From Solirubrobacterales bacterium (GTDB lineage Bacteria > Actinomycetota > Thermoleophilia > Solirubrobacterales > Thermoleophilaceae): a stretch of 33,147 nt of DNA. This document shows, one piece after another, positions 15,514 through 23,909 of this stretch. Under the pieces are notes generated by a model. The model had not been told where the DNA came from. It worked only from the letters and a program-made list of their open reading frames with translations, and ran no database searches. Within the stretch, counting starts at the first letter, position 1; each line of letters starts with the position of its first letter. The translations under genes and the position numbers were made by a program. The stretch lies in NCBI GenBank assembly GCA_038232755.1, contig JBBSNG010000001.1, positions 1-33,147 on the forward strand, written 5' to 3'.

Positions 15514-16620
15514 TCAAACCACGAACCGGCCGTCGCGCTGGAGCTCGACGCCGTCCACGGTGATCGACCCGCCCTCGCGCAGGTCGCAGACCATGTCCCA
15601 GTGCACCGCTGAGTCGTTGAGGCCACCGGTCTCCGGGTAGCTCATCCCCACCGCCATGTGCACGGTTCCGCCGATCTTCTCGTCGAGCAGGATCTCCTTG
15701 GTGCCGGTGGCGATCCCGTAGTTCGTCCCGATTCCGAGCTCGCCGAGGCGTCGCGCGCCCTCGTCGGTGTCGAGCGTGTCGATCAGGAACTCCTCACCGC
15801 GCTCGGCGCTCGCGTCGACCACCCGCCCGTGCTCGAAGCGCAGCCGCACCCCGGCGACCTCGCGACCGCCGTAGACCGACGGGAACGAGAAGGCGACCTC
15901 ACCGCTGGCCGAGTCCTCGATCGGTCCGGTGAAGAACTCGCCGTCGGGCATGTTGTGCTCGCCGACGCAGGGGACGAAGGTGCGCTCGGAGACGTTGAGG
16001 GTTACGTCCGTGCCGTTGGGCGCGACGATCCGGACCTCCTCGCGGCCCTCGATCCACTCGGCGAGGCGACGGACCTCGTCGGACTGGCGCTGCCACGCGG
16101 TGACCGGCTCCTCATCGGTGGCCAGGCAGGCCGCGTAGTAGAAGTCCTCGTAGCGCGCGAGCGACATGCCCGCCTCGCTCGCGTAGGCGTGCGTCGGGAA
16201 GAGCGTGACGTTCCAGCGATACTCGCCAGCGGCGGCGCGTCGCATCGAGGTCTCCATCAGCGGCTTGCGCGCCCGGGCGTGGCGGGTCTGGCGCTTCGGG
16301 TCGACGGCGCTGAGCTCGCGGGCGTTGGCGTCGGCCATGATCGCGATTCGCACGTCGGCGTTCTCGGCCGTCCAGGTCGAGGTCGGCGGGATCCAGTCGA
16401 GCTGCTCCTCGGAGGCGAGCTCGTAGAATGCGGGCCCCGCGCCCTCGGTCGTGAGCTGCATGACGGGCAGGCCGCCGGCGCGCAGCACCTCCTCGTAGAC
16501 CGCCTGCACGAGCGGCTCGGCCGTCGTGGTCGACTGGATGACGCAGACGTCGCCGGTCTCGACGCGGGTCGAGTACCGGACGAGGATCTGGGCGAGCGCG
16601 TCGGCGCGCTGGTCTCTCAT
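15514..16620 (-). CDS. M29-family aminopeptidase (AmpS/PepS type)
   Basis: The 368-aa product shows the family pattern (LAQILVRYS..., GIGTNYGI...LLDEKIGGTVHMAVG). Its ATG overlaps the pdxT stop as ATGA (16617-16620). Confidence 0.9.
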   Translation of the reverse strand: MRDQRADALAQILVRYSTRVETGDVCVIQSTTTAEPLVQAVYEEVLRAGGLPVMQLTTEGAGPAFYELASEEQLDWIPPTSTWTAENADVRIAIMADANARELSAVDPKRQTRHARARKPLMETSMRRAAAGEYRWNVTLFPTHAYASEAGMSLARYEDFYYAACLATDEEPVTAWQRQSDEVRRLAEWIEGREEVRIVAPNGTDVTLNVSERTFVPCVGEHNMPDGEFFTGPIEDSASGEVAFSFPSVYGGREVAGVRLRFEHGRVVDASAERGEEFLIDTLDTDEGARRLGELGIGTNYGIATGTKEILLDEKIGGTVHMAVGMSYPETGGLNDSAVHWDMVCDLREGGSITVDGVELQRDGRFVV

Positions 16621-17219
16621 GCGGCCTCCCTGGTGGCGGGTGGTGCGTGCTCGGCGCGGGCGGCCACGCGCTCGAGGAGCCAGCGGTGCAGACCGTCCTC
16701 CCCGCTGATCTCCGGGTGAAAGGCTACGGCGAGGACGTCGCCGCGGCGGACGGCGACCGGGCGCTCACCGACGGAGGCCAGGACCTCGACCTCTTCGCCG
16801 TGCTCCTCGACCCACGGCGCGCGGATGAACACCGCCCGCACCCGGATGGTCCGCGAGCCGGCGCCCCCGAGCGGCAGCTCGATCTCCTCCTCGAAGCTCG
16901 CGGCCTGACGACCAAAGGCGTTGCGCTGTGCGCGGATGTCGAGCACGTCGAGGTGGTCACGGTCGAGCATGATCAGGCCGGCGCATGTCCCCAGGGTCGG
17001 CGTTCCGGCGCGCACCAGCTCGCGCAGCGGCTCGGCCAGCCCCTCGCGCTCGATCCCGAGCGTCATGGTCGTGGACTCGCCGCCGGGAATGACGAGCGCA
17101 TCGAGGCCGGCGAGGTCGGCCGGCTCGCGGACGACCCGCGGTTGGGCCCCCAGTTCGGCGAGCACTCGCACGTGCGCCGCGAAGTCACCCTGAAGGGCGA
17201 GGACGCCGACGACCGCCAC
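16617..17219 (-). CDS. pdxT: Pyridoxal 5'-phosphate synthase glutaminase subunit PdxT
   Basis: VGVLALQGDFAAH, LVIPGGESTT and the catalytic GTCAGLIML are present. It lies directly downstream of pdxS. Confidence 0.95.
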   Translation of the reverse strand: MAVVGVLALQGDFAAHVRVLAELGAQPRVVREPADLAGLDALVIPGGESTTMTLGIEREGLAEPLRELVRAGTPTLGTCAGLIMLDRDHLDVLDIRAQRNAFGRQAASFEEEIELPLGGAGSRTIRVRAVFIRAPWVEEHGEEVEVLASVGERPVAVRRGDVLAVAFHPEISGEDGLHRWLLERVAARAEHAPPATREAA

Positions 17220-17228
17220 GGCGCGCGC

Positions 17229-18122
17229 CTACCAGCCGCGATGCTGGAGCAGTCCGTCGCCGTTCGGACCGGCAAGGGCGGAGATCTCGAGACCGGCCAT
17301 GGCCGCGCCGAGCCCGCGCGAGGCTCCGACCACGCGCTCGGGCTGGTCGAAGTGGGTGGTGGCCTCGACGATCGCCGCGGCGGTCCGATCCGGGTCCTCC
17401 GACTTGAAGATTCCCGAGCCGACGAACACGCCCTCGGCGCCGAGCTGCATCATCAGCGCCGCGTCGGCCGGCGTGGCGATTCCGCCGGCCGAGAAGTTGA
17501 CCACCGGAAGCTTGCCGCTCTCGGCGATCTCGCGCACGAGGTCGAGCGGCGCTCCAAGCTCCTTGGCCGCCTTGTAGAGCTCGGCGTCGTCGAGGGCGCC
17601 CAGGCGGCGGACCTCGCCCTGGATGGCGCGCATGTGGCGCACGGCCTCGACGACGTTGCCGGTTCCGGCTTCGCCCTTGGTGCGGATCATGGCCGCGCCC
17701 TCGCCGATGCGCCGCAGCGCCTCGCCCAGGTTCGTCGCGCCGCACACGAACGGGACCTTGAACGCCCACTTGTCGATGTGGTTGGCCTCGTCGGCCGGGG
17801 TCAGGACCTCGGACTCGTCGACGTAGTCGACCTCGAGGGCCTCGAGCAGCTGGGCCTCGACGAAGTGACCGATGCGCGCCTTGGCCATGACCGGAATGGT
17901 CACGGCCGCCTTGATCCCCTCGATCATCGAGGGATCAGACATGCGGGCGACCCCGCCGGCGCTGCGGATGTCGGCCGGCACGCGCTCGAGGGCCATGACC
18001 GCGACCGCGCCCGCGGCCTCGGAGACCCGGGCCTGGTCGGGGGTGACCACGTCCATGATCACGCCGCCCTTGAGCATCTCGGCGAGGCCGGTCTTTACCC
18101 GGTGGGTGGCGACGTCGCGCAT
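17229..18122 (-). CDS. pdxS: Pyridoxal 5'-phosphate synthase lyase subunit PdxS
   Basis: The highly conserved blocks [30 protein letters not shown] and [33 protein letters not shown] are present. Confidence 0.97.
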   Translation of the reverse strand: MRDVATHRVKTGLAEMLKGGVIMDVVTPDQARVSEAAGAVAVMALERVPADIRSAGGVARMSDPSMIEGIKAAVTIPVMAKARIGHFVEAQLLEALEVDYVDESEVLTPADEANHIDKWAFKVPFVCGATNLGEALRRIGEGAAMIRTKGEAGTGNVVEAVRHMRAIQGEVRRLGALDDAELYKAAKELGAPLDLVREIAESGKLPVVNFSAGGIATPADAALMMQLGAEGVFVGSGIFKSEDPDRTAAAIVEATTHFDQPERVVGASRGLGAAMAGLEISALAGPNGDGLLQHRGW

Positions 18123-18145
18123 CCCCTCATCCTAGCTCCGGGCGG

Positions 18146-19237
18146 ATGGCGGCTCGGGGCGCGAGCGAGGCGGCCCACGTGCGCCGGGCGGATCCGGTAG
18201 AAGACGGGCGAGCGATCACGGGGAGGGTGGTCCTGGACACCGAGCAGCAATCGACCGACCTCGTGCTGTCCGGCGGCGGCGTGCTCGGGATCGCGCACGT
18301 CGGCGTGGTGTCCGCGCTCGCGGAGCACGGCTACCGGTTCGAGCGCATCGCGGGCACCTCGGCCGGCTCGATCGTCGGTTCGCTGCTCGCCGCGGGCATG
18401 CCGAGCGCGCGTCTCGCGGAGATCATGGGGAGCCTCGACTACCCGAGCTTCCTCGACAAGGACACGCTCGACCGGATTCCCCTGCTCGGGCCGCCGCTCT
18501 CGGTCGTGCTCGAGAACGGCTACGCGGAGGGCGCCCGGTTCGTCGAATGGCTCGGCGGGGAGCTCGCCGCGCTCGGAGTGACGACCTTCGGCGACCTCCG
18601 CCTCGACGACGACCGCGCCGGCACGCGGCCCGAGCGCCGCTGGCGGCTCGTGGTCATGGCGGCGGACGTGACGCGCGGGCAGTTCGTCCGCCTGCCGTGG
18701 GACTACGAGCGCTACGGCCTCGACCCCGACGAACAGCGCGTGGTCGACGCGGTCCGCGCCTCGATCTCGGTTCCGTACCTGTTCGAGCCGGCCCGGCTGC
18801 GCCACCCCGGCGGAGAGTCGCTGCTGGTCGACGGGGGCCTGATCTCGAACTACCCGATCGACGTCTTCGATCGCACCGACGGGAAGCGCCCGCGCCGGCC
18901 CACCTTCGGGGCGATCGTCGTCCCGCGGCTGCCGGCCGAGAGCCCGAGGCTGGGCGTTCCCGGGCTCCGCGCCGCCCGCCTGCTCCCGCCGTTTCGCTTC
19001 CTCGAGGCTCTCGTCGCGACCGCCCTCTCGGGCCGCGACCAGGGCTATCTCGCCCAGCCGTGGGTGAAGGCGCGCTCGATCGAGGTCGACAACCTCGGCG
19101 TCAATCCGTTCGACTTCTCGATCGGGCCCCAGGTCGTCGATCGGCTCTACCAGAGCGGTCACCGCGCGGCGACCGATTTCCTCGTCGGCTGGTCCTTTCC
19201 CGAGTACATCGCCAGGTACCGCCGCCCTGCGGCCTGA
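18146..19237 (+). CDS. Patatin-like phospholipase
   Basis: The oxyanion motif LSGGGVLGIAHVG, the nucleophile elbow GTSAGS and the catalytic Asp in LVDGGLISNYP are present. The start is uncertain. ATG at 18146 is only 23 nt from the divergent pdxS start, and in-frame GTG at 18227 is an alternative. Confidence 0.85.
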   Translation: MAARGASEAAHVRRADPVEDGRAITGRVVLDTEQQSTDLVLSGGGVLGIAHVGVVSALAEHGYRFERIAGTSAGSIVGSLLAAGMPSARLAEIMGSLDYPSFLDKDTLDRIPLLGPPLSVVLENGYAEGARFVEWLGGELAALGVTTFGDLRLDDDRAGTRPERRWRLVVMAADVTRGQFVRLPWDYERYGLDPDEQRVVDAVRASISVPYLFEPARLRHPGGESLLVDGGLISNYPIDVFDRTDGKRPRRPTFGAIVVPRLPAESPRLGVPGLRAARLLPPFRFLEALVATALSGRDQGYLAQPWVKARSIEVDNLGVNPFDFSIGPQVVDRLYQSGHRAATDFLVGWSFPEYIARYRRPAA

Positions 19238-19253
19238 CCGGCCGTCCAACGGC

Positions 19254-20537
19254 TCAGACGGGCACCTCGGAGGGGACTCGGGCGGCCGGCGCCCAGTCGG
19301 GGCGTAGCTCGAAGGCGGCCTCGCCGTCCTGGGTGGCCACGCCGAGGACCTGGTGGAGCTCGAGAAAGTCGCGATCGAAGGTCGCGCGTGAGCCGACGAT
19401 GTAGAGGCGCCACACGCGAGCGCGGGCCTCGCCGACCTCGGCCACCGCCTCGGCCCAATGGGCCTCGAGGTTGTCCTCCCACCCCTTGAGGGTGAGCGAG
19501 TAGTGCTCGCGCAGATTCTCCTCGTGGCGGAGCTCGAACCCGGCGTCGGTCATGGCCGAGATGATCCGCCCGGGTCCGGTCAGCTCTCCGTCCGGGAAGA
19601 CGTAGCGATCGATGAAGCCGTCACGGATCAGAGACATGTACTGGTCGTCCTTGCGGGTGATGCAGTGATTGAGCAGCCGTCCCCGCGGGCGGAGCTTGCC
19701 GCGCAGGTAGCCGAAGTAGGCCGGCAGCTGGTCGAGCCCGACGTGCTCGGTGAGGCCGATCGAGGCGATCGCGTCGTAGCCCTCGCCGGGCGCGTCGCGG
19801 TAGTCGAGGCGGCGGACCTCGGCCCGATCGCCGAGACCGGCCTCGGCGATCGCCCGCTGGCCCCATTCGACCTGCTCGCGCGAGAGCGTCACCCCGAGGA
19901 CCTCGACGCCGTAGTGACGCGCCGCGTGCACCACGAACCCGCCCCAGCCGCAGCCGACGTCGAGCACGCGCATGCCCGGCCGCAGCCCGAGCTTGCGGCA
20001 GACGAGATCGTGCTTGACGAACTGGGCCTCCTCGAGCGTGGCCTCGGCGTCGGGATAGACCGCGCACGTGTAGGCCATCGAGGGCCCGAGCAGCCACTCG
20101 TAGAAGCGGTTCGAGACGTCGTAGTGGTGGGAGATCGCCTCGGCGTCACGGTGCTTCGAGTGGCGGCGCCCGTGCGCGCGGGCCTCGATCGGCGGCGGGT
20201 CGATGGGGCGCAGCGCCCGGAGGCCGACCGCGCGCAACACGTTCAGGCGCTCGGCCCACGAGACGTTGCCGTCGGTGGCCGCCCACAGGCGGCGCAGGCA
20301 GGTGTAGAGGTCGCCGTGAATCTCGAGGCCGCCGGAGATGTAGGCCCGCGCCAGGCCGAGGTCGTTGCGCGCCTGGACGATGTAGCGGACAGCCCGCGGC
20401 GAGCGGAGCTCGACACCGACGGCGGCGTCGCGCGGCCCGAAGCGGCTGCCGTCGTAGGCGCGGAACTCGATCCCGGTCCGCGAGCCGGTGATCCGGTCGA
20501 AGGCCTCGGCGACCCCCATCTCAGCCACGCTCGACAC
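19254..20537 (-). CDS. Cyclopropane-fatty-acyl-phospholipid synthase family SAM-dependent methyltransferase
   Basis: It has the SAM motif VLDVGCGWGG, the AHYDVSNRFYEWLLGPSMAYTCA-type block (HHYDVSNRFYEWLLGPSMAYTCAVY) and the C-terminal WRLYIVGS. The start is GTG at 20537 or 20528, or ATG at 20519. Confidence 0.9.
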   Translation of the reverse strand: MSSVAEMGVAEAFDRITGSRTGIEFRAYDGSRFGPRDAAVGVELRSPRAVRYIVQARNDLGLARAYISGGLEIHGDLYTCLRRLWAATDGNVSWAERLNVLRAVGLRALRPIDPPPIEARAHGRRHSKHRDAEAISHHYDVSNRFYEWLLGPSMAYTCAVYPDAEATLEEAQFVKHDLVCRKLGLRPGMRVLDVGCGWGGFVVHAARHYGVEVLGVTLSREQVEWGQRAIAEAGLGDRAEVRRLDYRDAPGEGYDAIASIGLTEHVGLDQLPAYFGYLRGKLRPRGRLLNHCITRKDDQYMSLIRDGFIDRYVFPDGELTGPGRIISAMTDAGFELRHEENLREHYSLTLKGWEDNLEAHWAEAVAEVGEARARVWRLYIVGSRATFDRDFLELHQVLGVATQDGEAAFELRPDWAPAARVPSEVPV

Positions 20538-21894
20538 ACTTCTGGTAGAGGTCGAGCAGCCGGCCGTCGCCGTCGTAGGTCCGCTTGAGCGCCGCGTAGG
20601 TCTCCCCGTTGTAGAGGCGCCAGAACTCCTCGCGCGCGTAGAAGGAATCGGAGTAGAGCGACTTGCGCCCGCCGAGCTCGCCCACGACCTGCTCGATGCG
20701 GCGGTTGTGCGTACCGTCCGGCTCGCCGTCGGCCAGCGCCACGGTCGACCAGAAGCCGAAGTTGACGTAGGTGGTGTTCGGCTCGAGGGCGTAGAGGTCC
20801 CAGCGGGCGCCCGGGTCGCGCGCGCGCAGCGGGCAGACCCAGAACGGCGAGATCCCGATCTCGCGCACGAAGAAGTCGAAGAACTCGGCGGCGCGGTCGA
20901 TCGGAACCTCGATGTCCTGGACGACGTGCTCCTGCTCGGGGCGCCCGCGCAGGCGCTGGATCCGGGCGTAGGGCCCGTAGCGCTTCTCGAGGTCGACGAG
21001 CCTCCAGTAGGTGCTCGAGCGCAGCAGGCGCTTGGGCACCAGCCGCCGCACGCGGGGGTTCTGCACGCCGAACACGCGCGAGCACCAGAACCAGTCGGTG
21101 TCCCACCGCCACAGGAAGTCGCGCACGCTCAGGTGATCGGTCCGCCGCCGCTGAAGCGAGCGGTAGTAGATGTCCATGCCGGTGTAGTCGCTGGTCTCGG
21201 GAGCCTCGTCGGCGAGGGTGCCGAGGGTCAGGTACATCTCGTGCGCTCCGAACACCGCGCCGTCGACGAAGTCGACGGGCTCCCCCTGGTAGGCGCGCTC
21301 GGCGCAGACCTCGTTCATGACCGAGAAGTACGCGCCGCGCTCGTCGAAGGGCACGTGGCGGAGCTTCACGAACGGCCCGACCGGCTCGAGCTCGATCTCC
21401 AGGCGCAGGGCGTAGCCCAGCGTCCCGTAGGAGTTGGGAAAGCCGAAGAAGAGGTCGCGGTGCTCGTTGTCGGGGCGAGCGATGACGATCCGCCCGTCCC
21501 CGGTGAGCAGCTCGAGCTCACGCACCGACTCGTGCGGCATGCCGTTGCGAAAGGAGGAGGCCTCGATACCCAGTCCGCTGACCGCGCCGCCCTGGGTGAT
21601 GGTCTTGAGCTGCGGGACCACGAGCGGCATGAGCCCGTGCGCGAGGGTCGCGTCGACGAGTTGCTCGTAGGTGGTCATGCCTCCGACCTGGGCGGTGCGT
21701 GCGGCGGGGTCGATCGAGAGGACGGTGTCGAGGCCGGCGACATCCAGGCGCGGCGCGCGGGTGCGCTCGCGCACGCGAAAGAGGTTCGAGCTCGACTTGC
21801 CGAGGCGGACGGGCGCGCCCTCGGGCGTGGCCGCGAGCTGTTCGCGCAGCTCGGCCTTCCGGGCCTCGTAACGACTTGGCGCGCTCGTACTCAT
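20521..21894 (-). CDS. FAD-binding oxidoreductase (PCMH-type, DHCR24/diminuto-like)
   Basis: The 457-aa product has an N-terminal FAD-binding region (...AQVGGMTTYEQLVDATLAHGLMPLVVPQLKTITQGGAVSGLGIEASSFRNG). It lies immediately upstream of, and abuts or overlaps, the CFA-type methyltransferase gene. Confidence 0.85.
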   Translation of the reverse strand: MSTSAPSRYEARKAELREQLAATPEGAPVRLGKSSSNLFRVRERTRAPRLDVAGLDTVLSIDPAARTAQVGGMTTYEQLVDATLAHGLMPLVVPQLKTITQGGAVSGLGIEASSFRNGMPHESVRELELLTGDGRIVIARPDNEHRDLFFGFPNSYGTLGYALRLEIELEPVGPFVKLRHVPFDERGAYFSVMNEVCAERAYQGEPVDFVDGAVFGAHEMYLTLGTLADEAPETSDYTGMDIYYRSLQRRRTDHLSVRDFLWRWDTDWFWCSRVFGVQNPRVRRLVPKRLLRSSTYWRLVDLEKRYGPYARIQRLRGRPEQEHVVQDIEVPIDRAAEFFDFFVREIGISPFWVCPLRARDPGARWDLYALEPNTTYVNFGFWSTVALADGEPDGTHNRRIEQVVGELGGRKSLYSDSFYAREEFWRLYNGETYAALKRTYDGDGRLLDLYQKCVERG

Positions 21895-21966
21895 CCTCCC
21901 ACCCTAAGGGCCGGTGCATGCGCCTGTCTCGCGGCCATGCCGCGCAGCGTCCTACGGCGCGGACTC

Positions 21967-22524
21967 TCAACCCCGGGCGGCCACCACGGGGTAGCGGCTG
22001 GTGGTCAGGAAGGCCGCGGGATCCTCGTTGGCCTCGGTCACTTCGTACGAACGGCCCTCGCTCATGGCAGGCACGAATAGCCCGCGCAGCGATTCAGGCC
22101 AGAGCTCGACGCGGACGTCGAGGGTCCGATAGGTGTCGAGAGCGCGCTGGTCGCGCGTGGCCAGGATGGACCCGTGCTCTGCCGCCGCCGCCCCCACCAG
22201 CGCGTCGTACACGGAGCCTCCTGCGATCCCGTGGGAGTCGAGTCGAGCCAGCAACGAGGCTGCCGCGCGGGTGCCGAGGAAGCGGCTGTGCGGGAAGTTC
22301 CCGGCCAGCAGTCGAGCGACTGCCGCCGGGGTTCGCCGGGCCGGCGGCGGAAGGCGGGTCAGCACCGAGAAGGCCTCGAACGCGGCATGACCGCAGAGCC
22401 CCAGCCGTTTGTCGCCGAGCGCCCGGAACGTTCGACGATGTTGGTCGTGATCGGTGACGACGAGGGCGACGGCGACGCTCGTATCCACGAGCAGGTCAGG
22501 GTCGCCGCTACTTTTGGCCGCCAT
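21967..22524 (-). CDS. vapC: PIN-domain toxin (VapC family) with a C-terminal extension of about 45 aa
   Basis: The PIN pattern LLVDTSVAV ... SVYDALVGAAAAEHGSILATRDQRA is present. The ATG at 22524 overlaps the vapB stop by 17 nt. The product is 185 aa rather than the usual ~135 aa. Confidence 0.75.
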   Translation of the reverse strand: MAAKSSGDPDLLVDTSVAVALVVTDHDQHRRTFRALGDKRLGLCGHAAFEAFSVLTRLPPPARRTPAAVARLLAGNFPHSRFLGTRAAASLLARLDSHGIAGGSVYDALVGAAAAEHGSILATRDQRALDTYRTLDVRVELWPESLRGLFVPAMSEGRSYEVTEANEDPAAFLTTSRYPVVAARG

Positions 22525-22741
22525 CGCGCAGGGATCGGACGATGTCGTCGTCGATGCCCGTCCCGGACGCTGGTATCACGAGCCGTCCGGCGCGCTCGTC
22601 GAGAGCATCCTCTGCCGGAACGTCGACACGGATGCCGGTTCCGTCGGCGGAGACCTCGACGACGCCGGGACGAAGACCGAGGCTGTCCCGCAGTGACTTG
22701 GGAATCACCAGTCGCCCAGCCCCATCGATGGTTGCTCTCAT
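22508..22741 (-). CDS. vapB: AbrB/MazE/SpoVT-family antitoxin (VapB type)
   Basis: MRATIDGAGRLVIPKSLRDSLGLRPG is a swapped-hairpin AbrB-type motif, and it is repeated in degenerate form (AGRLVIPASGTG). A TAGGTT -10-like box ends 6 nt before the ATG. Confidence 0.8.
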   Translation of the reverse strand: MRATIDGAGRLVIPKSLRDSLGLRPGVVEVSADGTGIRVDVPAEDALDERAGRLVIPASGTGIDDDIVRSLRDGGQK

Positions 22742-22972
22742 GCCTGCAACCTACCAGTGAAATGGTTGGCAGCCTGAGGGCACCGTCGCGCCCAGCGTCC
22801 CCGCGCCTGATGACCACCAGGGTGCGGTCGGCGCTCAGGCGACTGGGAAGGCGGCCCCCGACCTGGGCGTCCGCGCGGTCCGGGTCGACCGACAGCACCG
22901 CGTCCACACCGGCACGTCGAGGCCGGATCTGCGGTACGGGGCACTCGGCGCGCGCCCCGGTGGCCGCGGCGT

Positions 22973-23824
22973 CTACTTCAGCTTGAACGCCTTGATGCGG
23001 TCCGCGTACGCCGACTCGTCGCGCGCGTAGACCGCGTAGGCCAGCGCCTGGACGATCCCCAGGAGCGCCGTGTGGGAGCGCACGTACCCCGGACTGTCCG
23101 AGGAGTAATAGAGCCGGTGGCGAGCCAGCTTGGCCACCTCGCACAGCGACGCGTCGCAGATGACCACGGTCTCCGCGCCGCGGTGGCGGGCGAACTTGAG
23201 AGCGCGGGTCACCAGCGGGTGGGCGCGGCCGGCGGAGAAGGCGATGACCAGGGTCTGCTCGTCCACCCGACCGAGCCGGGCCAAGGCCTCCTGGCTCGCG
23301 CTGGCCACGACCTCGCAGCGCAGGTCGAGCAGGAGCAGGAGGTGGCGCAGATAGCTCGCGAAGAAGGCCATCTGATCGGTGCCGCAGACGACGATCCGAT
23401 CGGCGCGCGAGATGATGTCGACCGCCGCCTCGACCTCCTCGCGGTCGATCCGCCGCGCGGTCTCCTCGAGGTTGGCGTGGTCGGCGGCCAGGGCGGCCTC
23501 GAACTGGGTCTGGTCGAGCGGGAAGAGCGGCGCCGAGGGCAGCGGCTCGAGGCCGGTCTCCGGGTTGTCGCGCCAGCGGCGGTACTCCTCGCGGGCAGCG
23601 GCCTGGAGCCCGGGAAAGCCCTCGAAGCCGAGCGCCTGAGCGAAGCGGACCACCGTCGAGCTCGAGGTGTTCGCCCGGCGGGCGAGCTCCTCGGCGGTGT
23701 GGAAGGCGGCCTCGTCGAGGTGGTCGACGATGTAGCGGGCCACGTCCTTCTGCGAGCGCGAGAAGCCGTCGAAGCGCTCGCGGATCTCCGCGGAGAGGGT
23801 GACGAGCTGGGCGGTGGCGGTCAC
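22973..23824 (-). CDS. MurR/RpiR-family transcriptional regulator (HTH_6 plus SIS domain)
   Basis: There is an N-terminal HTH (FSRSQKDVARYIVDHLDEAAFHTAEELARRANTSSSTVVRFAQALGFEGF) and a SIS domain (ADRIVVCGTDQMAFFASYL...). The start is GTG at 23824 or 23836. The ORF-track start at 24244 is an off-target extension. Confidence 0.85.
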   Translation of the reverse strand: MTATAQLVTLSAEIRERFDGFSRSQKDVARYIVDHLDEAAFHTAEELARRANTSSSTVVRFAQALGFEGFPGLQAAAREEYRRWRDNPETGLEPLPSAPLFPLDQTQFEAALAADHANLEETARRIDREEVEAAVDIISRADRIVVCGTDQMAFFASYLRHLLLLLDLRCEVVASASQEALARLGRVDEQTLVIAFSAGRAHPLVTRALKFARHRGAETVVICDASLCEVAKLARHRLYYSSDSPGYVRSHTALLGIVQALAYAVYARDESAYADRIKAFKLK

Positions 23825-23909
23825 GGTGGGCGGCACGCCCCTCGATTCGCCCAGGTGTGGAGAGTTCCTTCCCGCGGGTAGTCCGCCTAGCGTGGCCGAG
23901 AGCGCACGC

